From Candidatus Yanofskybacteria bacterium RIFCSPHIGHO2_01_FULL_41_21 (GTDB taxonomy: Bacteria > Patescibacteriota > Minisyncoccia > 2-02-FULL-40-12 > GWA2-44-9), in NCBI GenBank assembly GCA_001794025.1, contig MGJA01000007.1, forward strand, positions 219-64,218: a stretch of DNA of 64,000 nt. Reading direction: 5' to 3'. The notes beneath the pieces are model-generated. The model was given only the letters and a program-made list of their open reading frames with translations, had not been told where the DNA came from and made no database searches. Position numbers and translations under genes: made by a program. Positions 1 to 9,672 of the stretch are shown here, one piece after another (position 1 is the first letter of the stretch; each line of letters opens with the position of its first letter).

Positions 1-294
1 CTCCCGAAAGATCTCGGTGAGAGGAGTGCCTTCGAGGAAACGGAGGCCCGGAGATTGAGAAATCTCAATCTCGTGCTTGGGCGGCGGTGTGGAGTCGAAA
101 AAGCCATCCAGCTCTTAGGGCAAGGATGGACTGGTACCTGTGTGGACTGCGACGGAGAAATACCCTACAAGAGGATTGAGGTCATTCCGTGGGCCACTAG
201 GTGCACGACGTGTGCCGACAAGAAGACCATGGGCCCCGTTGTCCTTCACACTCGCCGTGGACAGAAGTTTCAGGAATCACAAGTTCTTTCGTAA
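1..294 (+). CDS. DksA/TraR-family C4 zinc-finger protein (5' end outside window)
   Basis: The frame is open to the window start. The C-terminus has a CxxC...CxxC zinc finger (CVDCDGEI...CTTCADKK) typical of DksA/TraR. The segment is GC-rich, unlike the bulk of the window. Confidence 0.55.
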   Translation, partial: LPKDLGERSAFEETEARRLRNLNLVLGRRCGVEKAIQLLGQGWTGTCVDCDGEIPYKRIEVIPWATRCTTCADKKTMGPVVLHTRRGQKFQESQVLS

Positions 295-467
295 TTCTTT
301 TCCCCGCCCCCAAACCCGCTAGACACAGTGTCACGACCTCCCAGCCGTGACCTGCCCGCCTGCATCTGCAGATAACCCTTCGTCCGCTCGTCGTCGCTTG
401 TCGTCGTCGTCCGCCCGGAGGGTTTTTCTTTTCCTAGTTCATGTAGTACAATCACCATTAACACCAC

Positions 468-764
468 ATGAAACCTATTATTCTTACATCAAAAGAGATA
501 AAACTAAAATTAAAAAAGCTCCCGGGCTGGAAATTTGCCAACGATAAAATATCAAAACAATTTGAATTCAAAGATTTCATGGATTCGCTGAGATTCGTCA
601 AAAAACTCGCACCATACTTTGAATCCATGGACCACCACCCCGACACCCATATTTTATATAGTAAAGTCCTCTTTGAACTCCAACGTTTTGATGTTGGCGG
701 TAAAGTGACTGAAAAAGATATAAAGGTCGCGACCGAGATAGAAAAGAGATATAAAGAAAACTAA
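468..764 (+). CDS. pterin-4-alpha-carbinolamine dehydratase (PCD/DCoH family)
   Basis: The 98-aa protein has the conserved [E/D]xxxHHPD core (ESMDHHPD) and a size typical of PhhB/PCD. Confidence 0.75.
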   Translation: MKPIILTSKEIKLKLKKLPGWKFANDKISKQFEFKDFMDSLRFVKKLAPYFESMDHHPDTHILYSKVLFELQRFDVGGKVTEKDIKVATEIEKRYKEN

Positions 765-769
765 TTTAT

Positions 770-812
770 TGTGTTATTTTGGGCTCGTACGATACGAAAA
801 TAACACACTTTT
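770..812 (+). terminator. rho-independent terminator
   Basis: A 12-bp stem (tgtgttattttg / cgaaaataacaca) is followed by CTTTT directly after the PCD stop codon. Confidence 0.5.
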
Positions 813-877
813 AATCCTCAAGGTTCTGTTTTTAGATTCTGGAAAAAAACCGCCAAATACGGTATTATTGATACTTA

Positions 878-964
878 GGAAGCGTGGCTGAGCGGTTGAA
901 AGCACCTGATTCGAAATCAGGCATAGGGGCAACCTTATCGGAGGTTCGAATCCTCCCGCTTCCG
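878..964 (+). tRNA. tRNA-Ser (anticodon CGA)
   Basis: Hand-folded cloverleaf: acceptor ggaagcg/cgcttcc, anticodon arm cctga-ttCGAaa-tcagg, long variable arm, T-loop ggttcgaatcc. Confidence 0.85.
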
Positions 965-989
965 CAGTATCATGTTAAAAAATAATTAG

Positions 990-1078
990 GGAGGGGTCGG
1001 ATAGTGGTTCATTCCATCGCACTTGAAATGCGACGTCCCGCAAGGGACCCGTGAGTTCGAATCTCACCCCCTCCGCCA
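990..1078 (+). tRNA. tRNA-Ser (anticodon UGA), CCA encoded
   Basis: Acceptor ggagggg/cccctcc, anticodon arm tcgca-ctTGAaa-tgcga, long variable arm, T-loop gagttcgaatctc, and a 3' CCA. Confidence 0.85.
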
Positions 1079-1416
1079 TGAAAGCCACAGTCAATATTAA
1101 AACTGTTTTAGTAGGAGTACTGAAAAATAAACGGGATCAGAGAATTCTTCTTAAAAAGCACTGGTACAGAATTCCGGTCGCCCATCTACCGAAACGTAAA
1201 TTTGAATACATCGCTTTCTATCAACCTGCTGGTTTTAGAAAAACAGGTAAACAAATAAGATATTACGCGCCGATTTCCAAAAAGACAATTTCGAAAAGAA
1301 TTAATTTACTACCATATGAACCGACTCATCCCCGAGCAAACGACGATTATCTGCGAGTAGAATTTAAAAAGGTTATCAAACTTTCTCAGCCAATAAAAAA
1401 CATTATTCCGCGATGA
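1078..1416 (+). CDS. hypothetical protein
   Basis: An ATG at 1078 overlaps the last tRNA nucleotide. The reported ORF start at 1051 lies inside the tRNA and is rejected. The protein is basic (KHWYRIPVAHLPKRKFEYIAFYQP) and I do not recognise a family. Confidence 0.45.
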   Translation: MKATVNIKTVLVGVLKNKRDQRILLKKHWYRIPVAHLPKRKFEYIAFYQPAGFRKTGKQIRYYAPISKKTISKRINLLPYEPTHPRANDDYLRVEFKKVIKLSQPIKNIIPR

Positions 1417-1485
1417 ATCTCTTTTGGCTTCACTAATCTAAAGACACTGCTTTCAGCAAAAGATATTCTTCAACTCTATGGCGTA

Positions 1486-1875
1486 ATGCCGACGGAAAAA
1501 ATTATCCAAAGAGCGCTTAAGTGTTTAGGAATAAAAACCATTGCCGAATATACGATTTCAAAAAATGGCCGAAAATACCGCTTAGATTTTGCCGTATTTT
1601 GCCGGCAGGGTCAAATTGCGATTGAATGTGATAATCTTAAAGCCCACTCCACCAAAATTCAGGTCTTAAAAGACCGAGAGAAAGACAAATTTCTTAAATC
1701 CCTCGGCTGGCGGACAATACGACTGAAAGAAAAAGACATTATTGAACGACTCAATTTCTGTACCAATAAAATATCAGAACTTGTCAAAACCCTTGGTGGT
1801 CAAAAACCAATACCAAGTATGGAGGAATCCCTCAAAAAGATCTATAATGAAAACGTCTATGTCCCAAACAATTGA
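1486..1875 (+). CDS. DUF559 (Vsr-like) endonuclease domain protein
   Basis: The RLDFAV...IAIECD...H core matches the very-short-patch-repair-like DUF559 fold. Confidence 0.7.
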   Translation: MPTEKIIQRALKCLGIKTIAEYTISKNGRKYRLDFAVFCRQGQIAIECDNLKAHSTKIQVLKDREKDKFLKSLGWRTIRLKEKDIIERLNFCTNKISELVKTLGGQKPIPSMEESLKKIYNENVYVPNN

Positions 1876-2416
1876 TTTAAGAAAAAAAGAAAAAATTTCT
1901 GAACCGGAACCGATCATAGAACCGGCCATTGAAGTTAAGACCGAAATTCCTATCATACCGGAAGCATCGGATATTCGTTGGTCAACACATCTTTCCCCGC
2001 CTCATCGGCGAAAACAAGTTATATATACCACGATTGGGTTATTAATTACCGCAGGCCTTGTTGTCTATTTCACTAATGATTTTCTTTTCCCTATTGTGCT
2101 TATTTTATCTGCTGTTGTCATTAATTTAAATATGACCAGGCCCCATCGTCAAAGTGAAATTAAAGTTCATGCCACCGGTGTCTCAATTGACGATCAAAAC
2201 CACCACTATGCCGATATGAAGTCCTTCTGGATTGAATATCAGCCCAATTTAAAAGAGTTAAGCATTGAATTAAAAAAGGGTTATACCTCAAAAATTAAAG
2301 TCCCTCTAGGAGAAACGAATCCTTTGGAAATCCGCCAAGCCATGGTATCCTACGTACCAGAAAAAGAGCATGAGCAATCACTCTTGGACCACATCGTTCG
2401 ACTAATAGGAATCTAA
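1847..2416 (+). CDS. hypothetical membrane protein
   Basis: Two predicted TM helices (IYTTIGLLITAGLVVYF, FPIVLILSAVVINL). The start is set at an internal ATG, because the longer ORF overlaps the previous gene out of frame. Confidence 0.45.
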   Translation: MKTSMSQTIDLRKKEKISEPEPIIEPAIEVKTEIPIIPEASDIRWSTHLSPPHRRKQVIYTTIGLLITAGLVVYFTNDFLFPIVLILSAVVINLNMTRPHRQSEIKVHATGVSIDDQNHHYADMKSFWIEYQPNLKELSIELKKGYTSKIKVPLGETNPLEIRQAMVSYVPEKEHEQSLLDHIVRLIGI

Positions 2417-2422
2417 TACAAT

Positions 2423-2458
2423 AACTAAAACTACCACGAATTCGTGGTAGTTTTAGTT
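2423..2458. terminator. bidirectional hairpin terminator
   Basis: A perfect palindrome, aactaaaactaccacg-aa-ttcgtggtagttttagtt, between convergent genes. Confidence 0.45.
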
Positions 2459-2460
2459 AT

Positions 2461-2535
2461 TGGTGCTCTCGAGAGGAATCGAACCTCTATCATAGCGTCC
2501 GCAACGCTACGTCCTATCCGTTGAACGACGAGAGC
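2461..2535 (-). tRNA. tRNA-Arg (anticodon read as GCG; unusual, verify), CCA encoded
   Basis: Minus-strand cloverleaf: acceptor gctctcg/cgagagc, anticodon arm tagcg-ttGCGga-cgcta, T-loop gaggttcgattcctc, and a 3' CCA. Confidence 0.75.
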
Positions 2536-2631
2536 AAACTTAAAGTCCAATTACTTTAACATGTTTTTGTGGCTTTGCCCAGTTAGTTGACTCTTTATGG
2601 TTTTTAAAAAAAGAGTACAATAAGGGCCAAC

Positions 2632-4836
2632 ATGGACCTATCTCTTCCGATTGAGAAATTAAAGAATGTCGGTGCCCGCAATCTTCCCCGCCTTCATAAG
2701 TTGGGCATTAAAACCCTCCGAGATTTGTTGTGGCATATCCCCGCTCGCTATGAGGATTACAGCCAGATTATTCCTATCGCCGACTTGGTCCCCGATCAAA
2801 AAGCTACCGTTCAAGGCACCGTTGTCAAAATTAGTAGTCGACGTATCTTTCCCAGACGGTTAGTAATCATTGAGGCCATCATTGAAGACGATTCGGATAC
2901 AATTAAAGCCGTTTGGTTTAACCAACCCTACATCGCTACCACACTAGTTGAGGGCACCCGCGTTAGCTTGGCCGGAACCGTTAAACTTGATAAGCGTGGA
3001 CTATATCTGGCCAGTCCCAGCTATGAAAAGCTCCACACCGACGATTATTTCGCCTATCACCTCACTCACACCCATGGCCTTATCCCTGTTTATCCTGAAA
3101 CCGAGGGTGTCAGTTCAAAGTATCTAAGATTTTTAATTAAGCCCATTATTTCCGAGTTAGTTATTGAGGATCATCTATCCGAAGAATCCCGAATGCGGAA
3201 TGGCCTCATTGACCTAACCACTGCCCTGCAAAAAATTCATTATCCCCTCACTCTGGCCGAAGCCGAACAGGCCAAAGAACGCCTCGCCTTTGACGATTTG
3301 CTGTTATTCCAAATTAAAGCCCTCCTTGAACGAAGAAAAATAAACCAGCTCAAATCTCCCGCTATCCCGTTTGATAAGGAACTAGTCACCGACTTTATCA
3401 GACATCTTCCTTTTGAATTAACCAAAGATCAAAAAATAGCGGCTTGGGAAATATTAAAAGACCTTGAAAGGCCCTACCCCATGAATCGGCTTATGGAGGG
3501 AGATGTCGGTTCCGGCAAAACCGTCGTCGCTTTAATTGCCGCCATTCAAACCGCCCAGGATGGTTATCAAACCGTTTTCATGGCCCCGACCGAAGTCCTT
3601 GCCCACCAACATATGGAAACAATTCGCAAGCTTGTCGCTCATACCAATATTGAAGTTGGATTATTGACGAGTTCTACCGCTTGGACCACTTATAGCTTGG
3701 GCAAGAAGCCGGAAATTAAAAAACGCATTGCCCGAGGCGACACTAAAATAATCATTGGAACCCATGCCATCTTACAAAAAGACGTTGAGTTCAATAACCT
3801 TGCCCTGGTTGTCATTGATGAACAACATCGCTTTGGTGTCGCCCAACGCGCCGCCCTTGTCAAAAATAAGGAACTTGTTCCCCATTTGTTATCAATGACT
3901 GCTACACCCATCCCCCGCACTCTCGCCCTCACCATCTATGGCGACTTGGATATTTCTATCATTAAAGAAAAACCAAAGAATCGCCAAAAAATTATCACCC
4001 GCATTGTCCCCCCTTCCGGCCGACAGGAGGCCCATCAATTTATTCGTTCAGAAGCAAAAGCGAGCCGACAAGTTTTTGTCATCTGCCCGCGCATAGAGGT
4101 GAGTACTGTGACAGCAACTGGAACCTTACCCTTAAGCCCCAGTAGCGGAGGGGGTCCCTCTGGGGGAACCGCCGGGACTGGTTCCCCGGGTCTGGGGCGA
4201 GAGGGTAAGGTTTCAGTTGCCAAGCAACAAAAACTTGCTTTAGCTCAAGATATGAAAGCGGTCCAGGAGGAATACAAAAAACTATCCGAATTGGTATTCC
4301 CAGATTTAAAAGTAGGTATGCTTCACGGCAAAATGAAACCGAAAGAAAAAACGGAAATCATGAATCGTTTCAAAGAGGGTTTTACCGACATTCTCGTTTC
4401 CACATCCGTCATTGAAGTCGGCATAGATATTCCTAACGCCACCGTGATGATGATTGAAAACGCCGACCACTTCGGTCTCGCCCAACTTCATCAATTCCGA
4501 GGACGCATCGGTCGGGGCGAACATCAATCAACCTGTCTTTTGTTTACTTCCGGCGCCGAAAAAACAAGCAACCAACGATTGAAAGCTCTTGTCACAACTG
4601 ATGACGGCTTCCTTCTTGCTGAAAAAGACATGGCCATCCGCGGACCCGGCGAATTCTTCGGCACTGGCCAATCCGGCCTCCCTGACCTGGCAATGGCTGC
4701 TCTCGCCAACGTTGAACTAATTAAAAAGTCCCGCGCTGAAGCACGACTTATTCTCACCGAAGATCAGAACTTAACCAATCACCCCGAACTAAAACAACAA
4801 CTATTGAGATTCCAATCCATTATTCATTTTGAGTAA
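2632..4836 (+). CDS. recG: ATP-dependent DNA helicase RecG
   Basis: RecG wedge/N-terminal domain plus helicase motifs (GDVGSGKT, DEQHRFG, QLHQFRGRIGRG). It carries a GC-rich low-complexity insertion (GGGPSGGTAGTGSPGLG). Confidence 0.9.
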   Translation: MDLSLPIEKLKNVGARNLPRLHKLGIKTLRDLLWHIPARYEDYSQIIPIADLVPDQKATVQGTVVKISSRRIFPRRLVIIEAIIEDDSDTIKAVWFNQPYIATTLVEGTRVSLAGTVKLDKRGLYLASPSYEKLHTDDYFAYHLTHTHGLIPVYPETEGVSSKYLRFLIKPIISELVIEDHLSEESRMRNGLIDLTTALQKIHYPLTLAEAEQAKERLAFDDLLLFQIKALLERRKINQLKSPAIPFDKELVTDFIRHLPFELTKDQKIAAWEILKDLERPYPMNRLMEGDVGSGKTVVALIAAIQTAQDGYQTVFMAPTEVLAHQHMETIRKLVAHTNIEVGLLTSSTAWTTYSLGKKPEIKKRIARGDTKIIIGTHAILQKDVEFNNLALVVIDEQHRFGVAQRAALVKNKELVPHLLSMTATPIPRTLALTIYGDLDISIIKEKPKNRQKIITRIVPPSGRQEAHQFIRSEAKASRQVFVICPRIEVSTVTATGTLPLSPSSGGGPSGGTAGTGSPGLGREGKVSVAKQQKLALAQDMKAVQEEYKKLSELVFPDLKVGMLHGKMKPKEKTEIMNRFKEGFTDILVSTSVIEVGIDIPNATVMMIENADHFGLAQLHQFRGRIGRGEHQSTCLLFTSGAEKTSNQRLKALVTTDDGFLLAEKDMAIRGPGEFFGTGQSGLPDLAMAALANVELIKKSRAEARLILTEDQNLTNHPELKQQLLRFQSIIHFE

Positions 4837-5102
4837 AAGAAAAGGCCTCGACACAGGAGGCGTCACGCCATGCGTGAGACCTTCCCTGTCGAGACCTTAG
4901 AACCGAACTGGTTGTTGCTTGGGGCGGCAGCCAGTGATGGTCGAGCCGTTGCGCCGACGAAGCTTCTTCAACAAACGCCGGAAAAATCCCTCTCTCTTTT
5001 TCTTCATGCCTGTGTCCTCCTAATCATCCAATTATAACACGAAACATAGATATCTGTCAAATTTTCGGTTTTTTATCGGTCCTAAGTTCTAATTCCTAAG
5101 TC

Positions 5103-6728
5103 CTACTTTCTGCCTTTCGGTGTTACCCAGAAACCCATATACCGACCAAACATGAGACGGGTTTGGGCATCTAGGGCGGGAATGGCGCCAAAGAAAATAA
5201 AGTTGATGGGGAACAAAAGCCATTGAAGGGCCATCCAGAGCCATTTAAACCGGCCGTATTGAGGCGGTTTTTCGGGAAGTAAAATAACACTCATAATCGC
5301 CGAGGTTACGAGACCAAGCAGGGCGATGTTCATAATAGCACTGGTGATACGAGGTAAGTTATAAGAAAGAATTGATGTCGTAAAAGTTAGTCCCCCGACC
5401 CAAAGAGGAAGCCAGCTCAATAAAAAGATTATTAAAGCATTGGTTGGACTGGAATGAGTGCGTTCAACCTGAATAAGTGTTTGATGCCATTTTTGACTGG
5501 AAGGAATTTTTTTGTTCTTAATGAATCCAAACATGAAGTAAGGATTATTTTCGGCGCCATAATGCCAACGACGAATCTGTTTATATTGATTTTTTAGAGT
5601 TTGCCAGAAAGTCGGACCGACATTAGCATCCATATAGACGGGATAATACATGGGAACGGTCTGCCAGTCGCCGTCATAACGCAAGAGGCATTGCCAATAA
5701 ATACGCGAGTCCTCACTAACGACATTCTTTTGCCAGAAACCGACATCAACCAAGGCCTGAAACCCAACTGAATGAGAAGAAAAAGTAACCATCTGCTCTT
5801 TACGGGACTGCTGAATCATTTGCCAGAATGTGGTTGAGAATGCAAAAACCCGAGCAAAAGCCGGGGCTTCCCAAATATTATTGGTAAAGATTGGAATGGG
5901 CTGGAATGAAGAATGCAACGGATCCGGTGCTGTCAAATAGTACCAAGATAAGCAAGCAAAGAAATCAGCCGGCACGACGGTATCAATATCAAAAACCGAA
6001 ACAATAATTCGGTCATAAGGAATGTTCAGTATATCAATGATTTCCCTTTTAACCTGTTCCCCCGCCCAGGCCTCATTTGATCCTTTTCCTGCTAATTCTC
6101 CGGTGATATTATCGGGATGGGTCGTGACGATAAATTTAAAAAAGGCATTACCAAACTCCGCTTCGGCCTGACGGGCCAATTCAACACTATGCACACCGGC
6201 CCGAGCTTCAGTCGCCAAAACCACAATCATTTTATCTTTAGGATAGTTGCTTTTAAAAATTGCATTTAAACTATCGCGGACGATGGAATATGGCTCTTTG
6301 TATGCCGGCAAAATAATGAGATTGAAAATGTTTTCCGCGCCAATTCCTTGTAACTTTGGATTTTCAGGAACAGAAGCGAGTCGATTAGTCCAATCAACCT
6401 TCAAATTGTGCCTCATTTTTAAAAATGATGACCGAGTCAAGACAGAAAGATAAATGGTCTTAATGAGCCAATAGATATCAAAAAGGATAATAAAAAAAGT
6501 GGCAAAGACCGGTGCTTTAAAAGAAACGAGAACAACCACCGCTAAAGTAGACCAGGCCAAAAAACCTGGAAAAACTTCCAATATTCTATACAACCGGCGG
6601 TCATGCGGATCCGCCAAGTCAAAAGCATTACCAACATGAAGATAATCAAGCATCCAGGTAGTAGATCTCCCGAAGTTTAAAAATCGCCCAGGCAGTCGGG
6701 AGTTCACTACCTGGTTCAGAGTGATCAT
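5103..6728 (-). CDS. family 2 glycosyltransferase, membrane-bound (processive beta-glycosyltransferase-like)
   Basis: A GT2 catalytic core is flanked by multiple TM helices. The overall size and layout resemble cellulose-synthase-like GT2 enzymes. Confidence 0.7.
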   Translation of the reverse strand: MITLNQVVNSRLPGRFLNFGRSTTWMLDYLHVGNAFDLADPHDRRLYRILEVFPGFLAWSTLAVVVLVSFKAPVFATFFIILFDIYWLIKTIYLSVLTRSSFLKMRHNLKVDWTNRLASVPENPKLQGIGAENIFNLIILPAYKEPYSIVRDSLNAIFKSNYPKDKMIVVLATEARAGVHSVELARQAEAEFGNAFFKFIVTTHPDNITGELAGKGSNEAWAGEQVKREIIDILNIPYDRIIVSVFDIDTVVPADFFACLSWYYLTAPDPLHSSFQPIPIFTNNIWEAPAFARVFAFSTTFWQMIQQSRKEQMVTFSSHSVGFQALVDVGFWQKNVVSEDSRIYWQCLLRYDGDWQTVPMYYPVYMDANVGPTFWQTLKNQYKQIRRWHYGAENNPYFMFGFIKNKKIPSSQKWHQTLIQVERTHSSPTNALIIFLLSWLPLWVGGLTFTTSILSYNLPRITSAIMNIALLGLVTSAIMSVILLPEKPPQYGRFKWLWMALQWLLFPINFIFFGAIPALDAQTRLMFGRYMGFWVTPKGRK

Positions 6729-6741
6729 TAAACCACAAAAA

Positions 6742-7734
6742 CTAACTTAAAGCAAGCATAAACAAACCGTCTTCCAAATCACGTTTGCCCTGTTTTGTCC
6801 CCTGTTCAAGGTCAAGTATTTCTTGATAGAGACGCTTAATATCAATTAAAGAAAGACGAGCCGTTGCGGAAAGCATTTTCTTGACCACGAAAGGATGGAT
6901 GCCGGCTTTTTGAGCAATTTGGGCTGAAGAAATGTTTCTATCGGCAAAATCTTTAACCATGAGCATATTACGAAATTGGTACATTACCATTGAAAGAAGG
7001 TAGTACGGATCACGACCATGGGCAAGTTCACCACAGAGTAATGAAAAGGCCTGGGCCTTACGACCAGACCCGAGAGCATCAATAAATTCAAAAACATTTG
7101 GCTCGGTCTCGGTTTTGATTAGAAGGTCTATATCTGCAATTGAAATAGTGTTCTTGGAGTAATTAGCCAATTTATTAAGATTGTGAATCCTAGCCCAACT
7201 ATCCATTCCACCAATCGCTATAAACCTTGCCAATGCCCCTGATGCAAATGATACTCCTAGAGTAGCAACTTCTTTTTTAATCCAGGCCTGCAATTGAGCC
7301 CCTTCAAGATTTGTAAAATTACGAATTAGATTTTTTGAGTCAGAAAGAAATGCTAATAATTCTTTCGGTCTGGCTTGAGTAACAGTCCCTGAATGGGTGG
7401 CTAGGATTACAATCTCTTTACTGGTAGCGATTTTGTGTTTTGTAAAAAGTTCATGTAAATCCTTCGCCGTCTGTAAATTGCTAAAGATATTATTAATAAG
7501 AATAAGTTTTACTTCGTCAAAAAGTGAAACACTTTTGATTGCTTCCGTCACTTGAGCTATCACCGATGGTAATGCGCCCCGCCCGACTGAAGGACTCCAG
7601 TCGTTCGGGCAGGCATCAATACGAAAAAAATTAAAACCACTACCATGTTTGGCTTTATAGCTCTTAATTACGGACTCACGGTTTTCGTATAAGCGAAATG
7701 TGTCATCGCCATAAAGAAAAATAATCATTGCCAA
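6742..7734 (-). CDS. holA: DNA polymerase III delta subunit-like (HolA)
   Basis: The N-terminus (MIIFLYGDDTF...) and ~330-aa length are characteristic of HolA in small-genome bacteria. Confidence 0.6.
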   Translation of the reverse strand: MAMIIFLYGDDTFRLYENRESVIKSYKAKHGSGFNFFRIDACPNDWSPSVGRGALPSVIAQVTEAIKSVSLFDEVKLILINNIFSNLQTAKDLHELFTKHKIATSKEIVILATHSGTVTQARPKELLAFLSDSKNLIRNFTNLEGAQLQAWIKKEVATLGVSFASGALARFIAIGGMDSWARIHNLNKLANYSKNTISIADIDLLIKTETEPNVFEFIDALGSGRKAQAFSLLCGELAHGRDPYYLLSMVMYQFRNMLMVKDFADRNISSAQIAQKAGIHPFVVKKMLSATARLSLIDIKRLYQEILDLEQGTKQGKRDLEDGLFMLALS

Positions 7735-8732
7735 GTGGGGTTAATCTCTATCCAAATCTGGCCGGGCACAAATTTGATTTCATCACCGCTGGAATTATAA
7801 AAGTATAGTTTTGAATCAAGTTTCTTGGGGTCTTTCTTCCATGTCCCAGTGATTTTTATACCATTCTGATATATTTCAGCGCTCCCCTCTCCTGTCGTTT
7901 TCACCACAATATATTGATCACCTTCATACAAAATATGTGAGGTCGTATTCATAACAGCAACTACACTAGTTGTAACCTGTTGGTTGGTATTCTTATCAAT
8001 TTCCGGCTTTCCTCCACGAGAGCGAGAATATAGATTTGTACTTTGATCATATATCCATGAAACATTATTTGGATATGAATAAAGATTTACTGTCGTTGCA
8101 ACATTAGAAATATTTTTGGCGGGCATTTTATCAGCATGCGGATAGCCGACAAAATCCTTCGTTAAACTATAATAAAATGTGTTCGCCTGTTTCAAGATCA
8201 GATCCAAATTGGAAAATCCGTTATGAGGCGGTTTAACGCCCGACTTTCTATAAAATATCGTGCCGTCAAATTGAAGAGCATTGATATTATCCATAACATG
8301 ACTATCAAGTTCAGCCAAAGCACCATGTTCCCCGCCCCAATGAGCATATATAGTATTAAATCCCGCGGCTAAGGGAATAAAATCTTCCCGAGCTGAACGA
8401 ATTGAACCTATTTCTTTCGGTGTCTGACATTGATACACGCTCATAAATCGAGTTACTCCGTTGGGTGTCACCGGCATCTCAACCACTAAATCAGCTACAC
8501 CAATACCTGATAACGGTCTGGCCTCCGGGTCAGAAGCCATCATCACGGCTATTGGTCGACGTTGAGCATTTTCACAATTAAGACCAGCTATGGAACTGGG
8601 CTTTTTAGATATTTCATCAGAAGGTGATGAACCAATAGTAAAACTACGGCCAGAATTAAAAAGCCAGATTAATAATCCGAGCACTATAACAATTCCACCA
8701 ATAGTAATTTTTTTACGCTTTATCCTAATCAT
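7725..8732 (-). CDS. DUF3048 domain lipoprotein (YerB-like)
   Basis: Signal/TM anchor and the RPIAVMMASDPEARPLSGI motif characteristic of DUF3048. Confidence 0.65.
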   Translation of the reverse strand: MIRIKRKKITIGGIVIVLGLLIWLFNSGRSFTIGSSPSDEISKKPSSIAGLNCENAQRRPIAVMMASDPEARPLSGIGVADLVVEMPVTPNGVTRFMSVYQCQTPKEIGSIRSAREDFIPLAAGFNTIYAHWGGEHGALAELDSHVMDNINALQFDGTIFYRKSGVKPPHNGFSNLDLILKQANTFYYSLTKDFVGYPHADKMPAKNISNVATTVNLYSYPNNVSWIYDQSTNLYSRSRGGKPEIDKNTNQQVTTSVVAVMNTTSHILYEGDQYIVVKTTGEGSAEIYQNGIKITGTWKKDPKKLDSKLYFYNSSGDEIKFVPGQIWIEINPTWQ

Positions 8733-8751
8733 ATTAATTATTATATCATGG

Positions 8752-9630
8752 CTACTTTACCACTTGATGAACAGGACAGAAATGACCGGACCGACCGCCA
8801 AGTTTGAGACGCTTTATCACTCCCCCGTCTTTCCGACTACATTTTTCACCAGTCCGATGATACGCTTTGTGAAGATTTTGAAAATTACCTTTCGTACCTG
8901 AAGGTGTTCTGTAATCATCCATACTTGAACCCTTATGTTTGATTGCTGACTTTAAAATACTTACCATCGCCATATATATTATTTTAAGATCTTTATCATC
9001 CAAATGCTCTACCCTTGATATTGGATGCAAATTTGCCCGCCACAAAATCTCATCGGCATAGATATTACCGATACCGGCAATGAAATGTGGATCCATAATA
9101 ACCTGCTTAACTCTCCCCTTTTTATTGGTGAACAATCTTTTAAATTCTGAAAATGAAATTTCCAACGGCTCCGGGCCAAGTTCGCGAATCTCTTTTAAAT
9201 CATCAACTTTTTTGTCATCAACAAGAATAATCTTTCCGAAACGGCGCAAATCCGCCAAAGCCAACTGATAACCATTATTTAGACCCATTATCACCCTGAT
9301 ATATTGATTATTTCGGTCATCACGCAAGGGTCCCGCGATAGTGCTAGTCCATTTTTTATCTTTGAACACCCACTTACCGTACAACAAATGGCCCGACATT
9401 TTTTGGTGAATAAAGATAGTTTTCCTACCTTCAATATCTAAAACAATATATTTTGCCCGGCGGCGGACACTTAATATCTTCTTATTTCTGATTTCTTTTT
9501 TGAAACGCTCTAATCCCCCTGCCTGATGCAATGTTTTGGCCCAATCTGTCCAAGCATCTTTAAACCGCAGACCAACTAGATCCTTGCGTAATTCCCTCAC
9601 AATTGTTTCCACTTCCGGTAGTTCTGGCAT
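8752..9630 (-). CDS. mutM: formamidopyrimidine-DNA glycosylase
   Basis: The N-terminus is MPELPEVE (catalytic Pro2/Glu3). The protein contains an H2TH region and a C-terminal zinc finger. Confidence 0.9.
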   Translation of the reverse strand: MPELPEVETIVRELRKDLVGLRFKDAWTDWAKTLHQAGGLERFKKEIRNKKILSVRRRAKYIVLDIEGRKTIFIHQKMSGHLLYGKWVFKDKKWTSTIAGPLRDDRNNQYIRVIMGLNNGYQLALADLRRFGKIILVDDKKVDDLKEIRELGPEPLEISFSEFKRLFTNKKGRVKQVIMDPHFIAGIGNIYADEILWRANLHPISRVEHLDDKDLKIIYMAMVSILKSAIKHKGSSMDDYRTPSGTKGNFQNLHKAYHRTGEKCSRKDGGVIKRLKLGGRSGHFCPVHQVVK

Positions 9631-9672
9631 GATTAAATCATGCCAGAACTACGAAACCAAGTCCAATAAATT

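Noticed and set aside
1051-1077. ORF-track start at 1051 for the first hypothetical protein
   Set aside because: It lies inside tRNA-Ser(UGA). The ATG at 1078 directly after the tRNA is used instead.
5103-6728. Specific assignment as a cellulose synthase
   Set aside because: Only a GT2 core plus TM topology is supported. No BcsA-specific PilZ domain or QxxRW context could be confirmed by eye.
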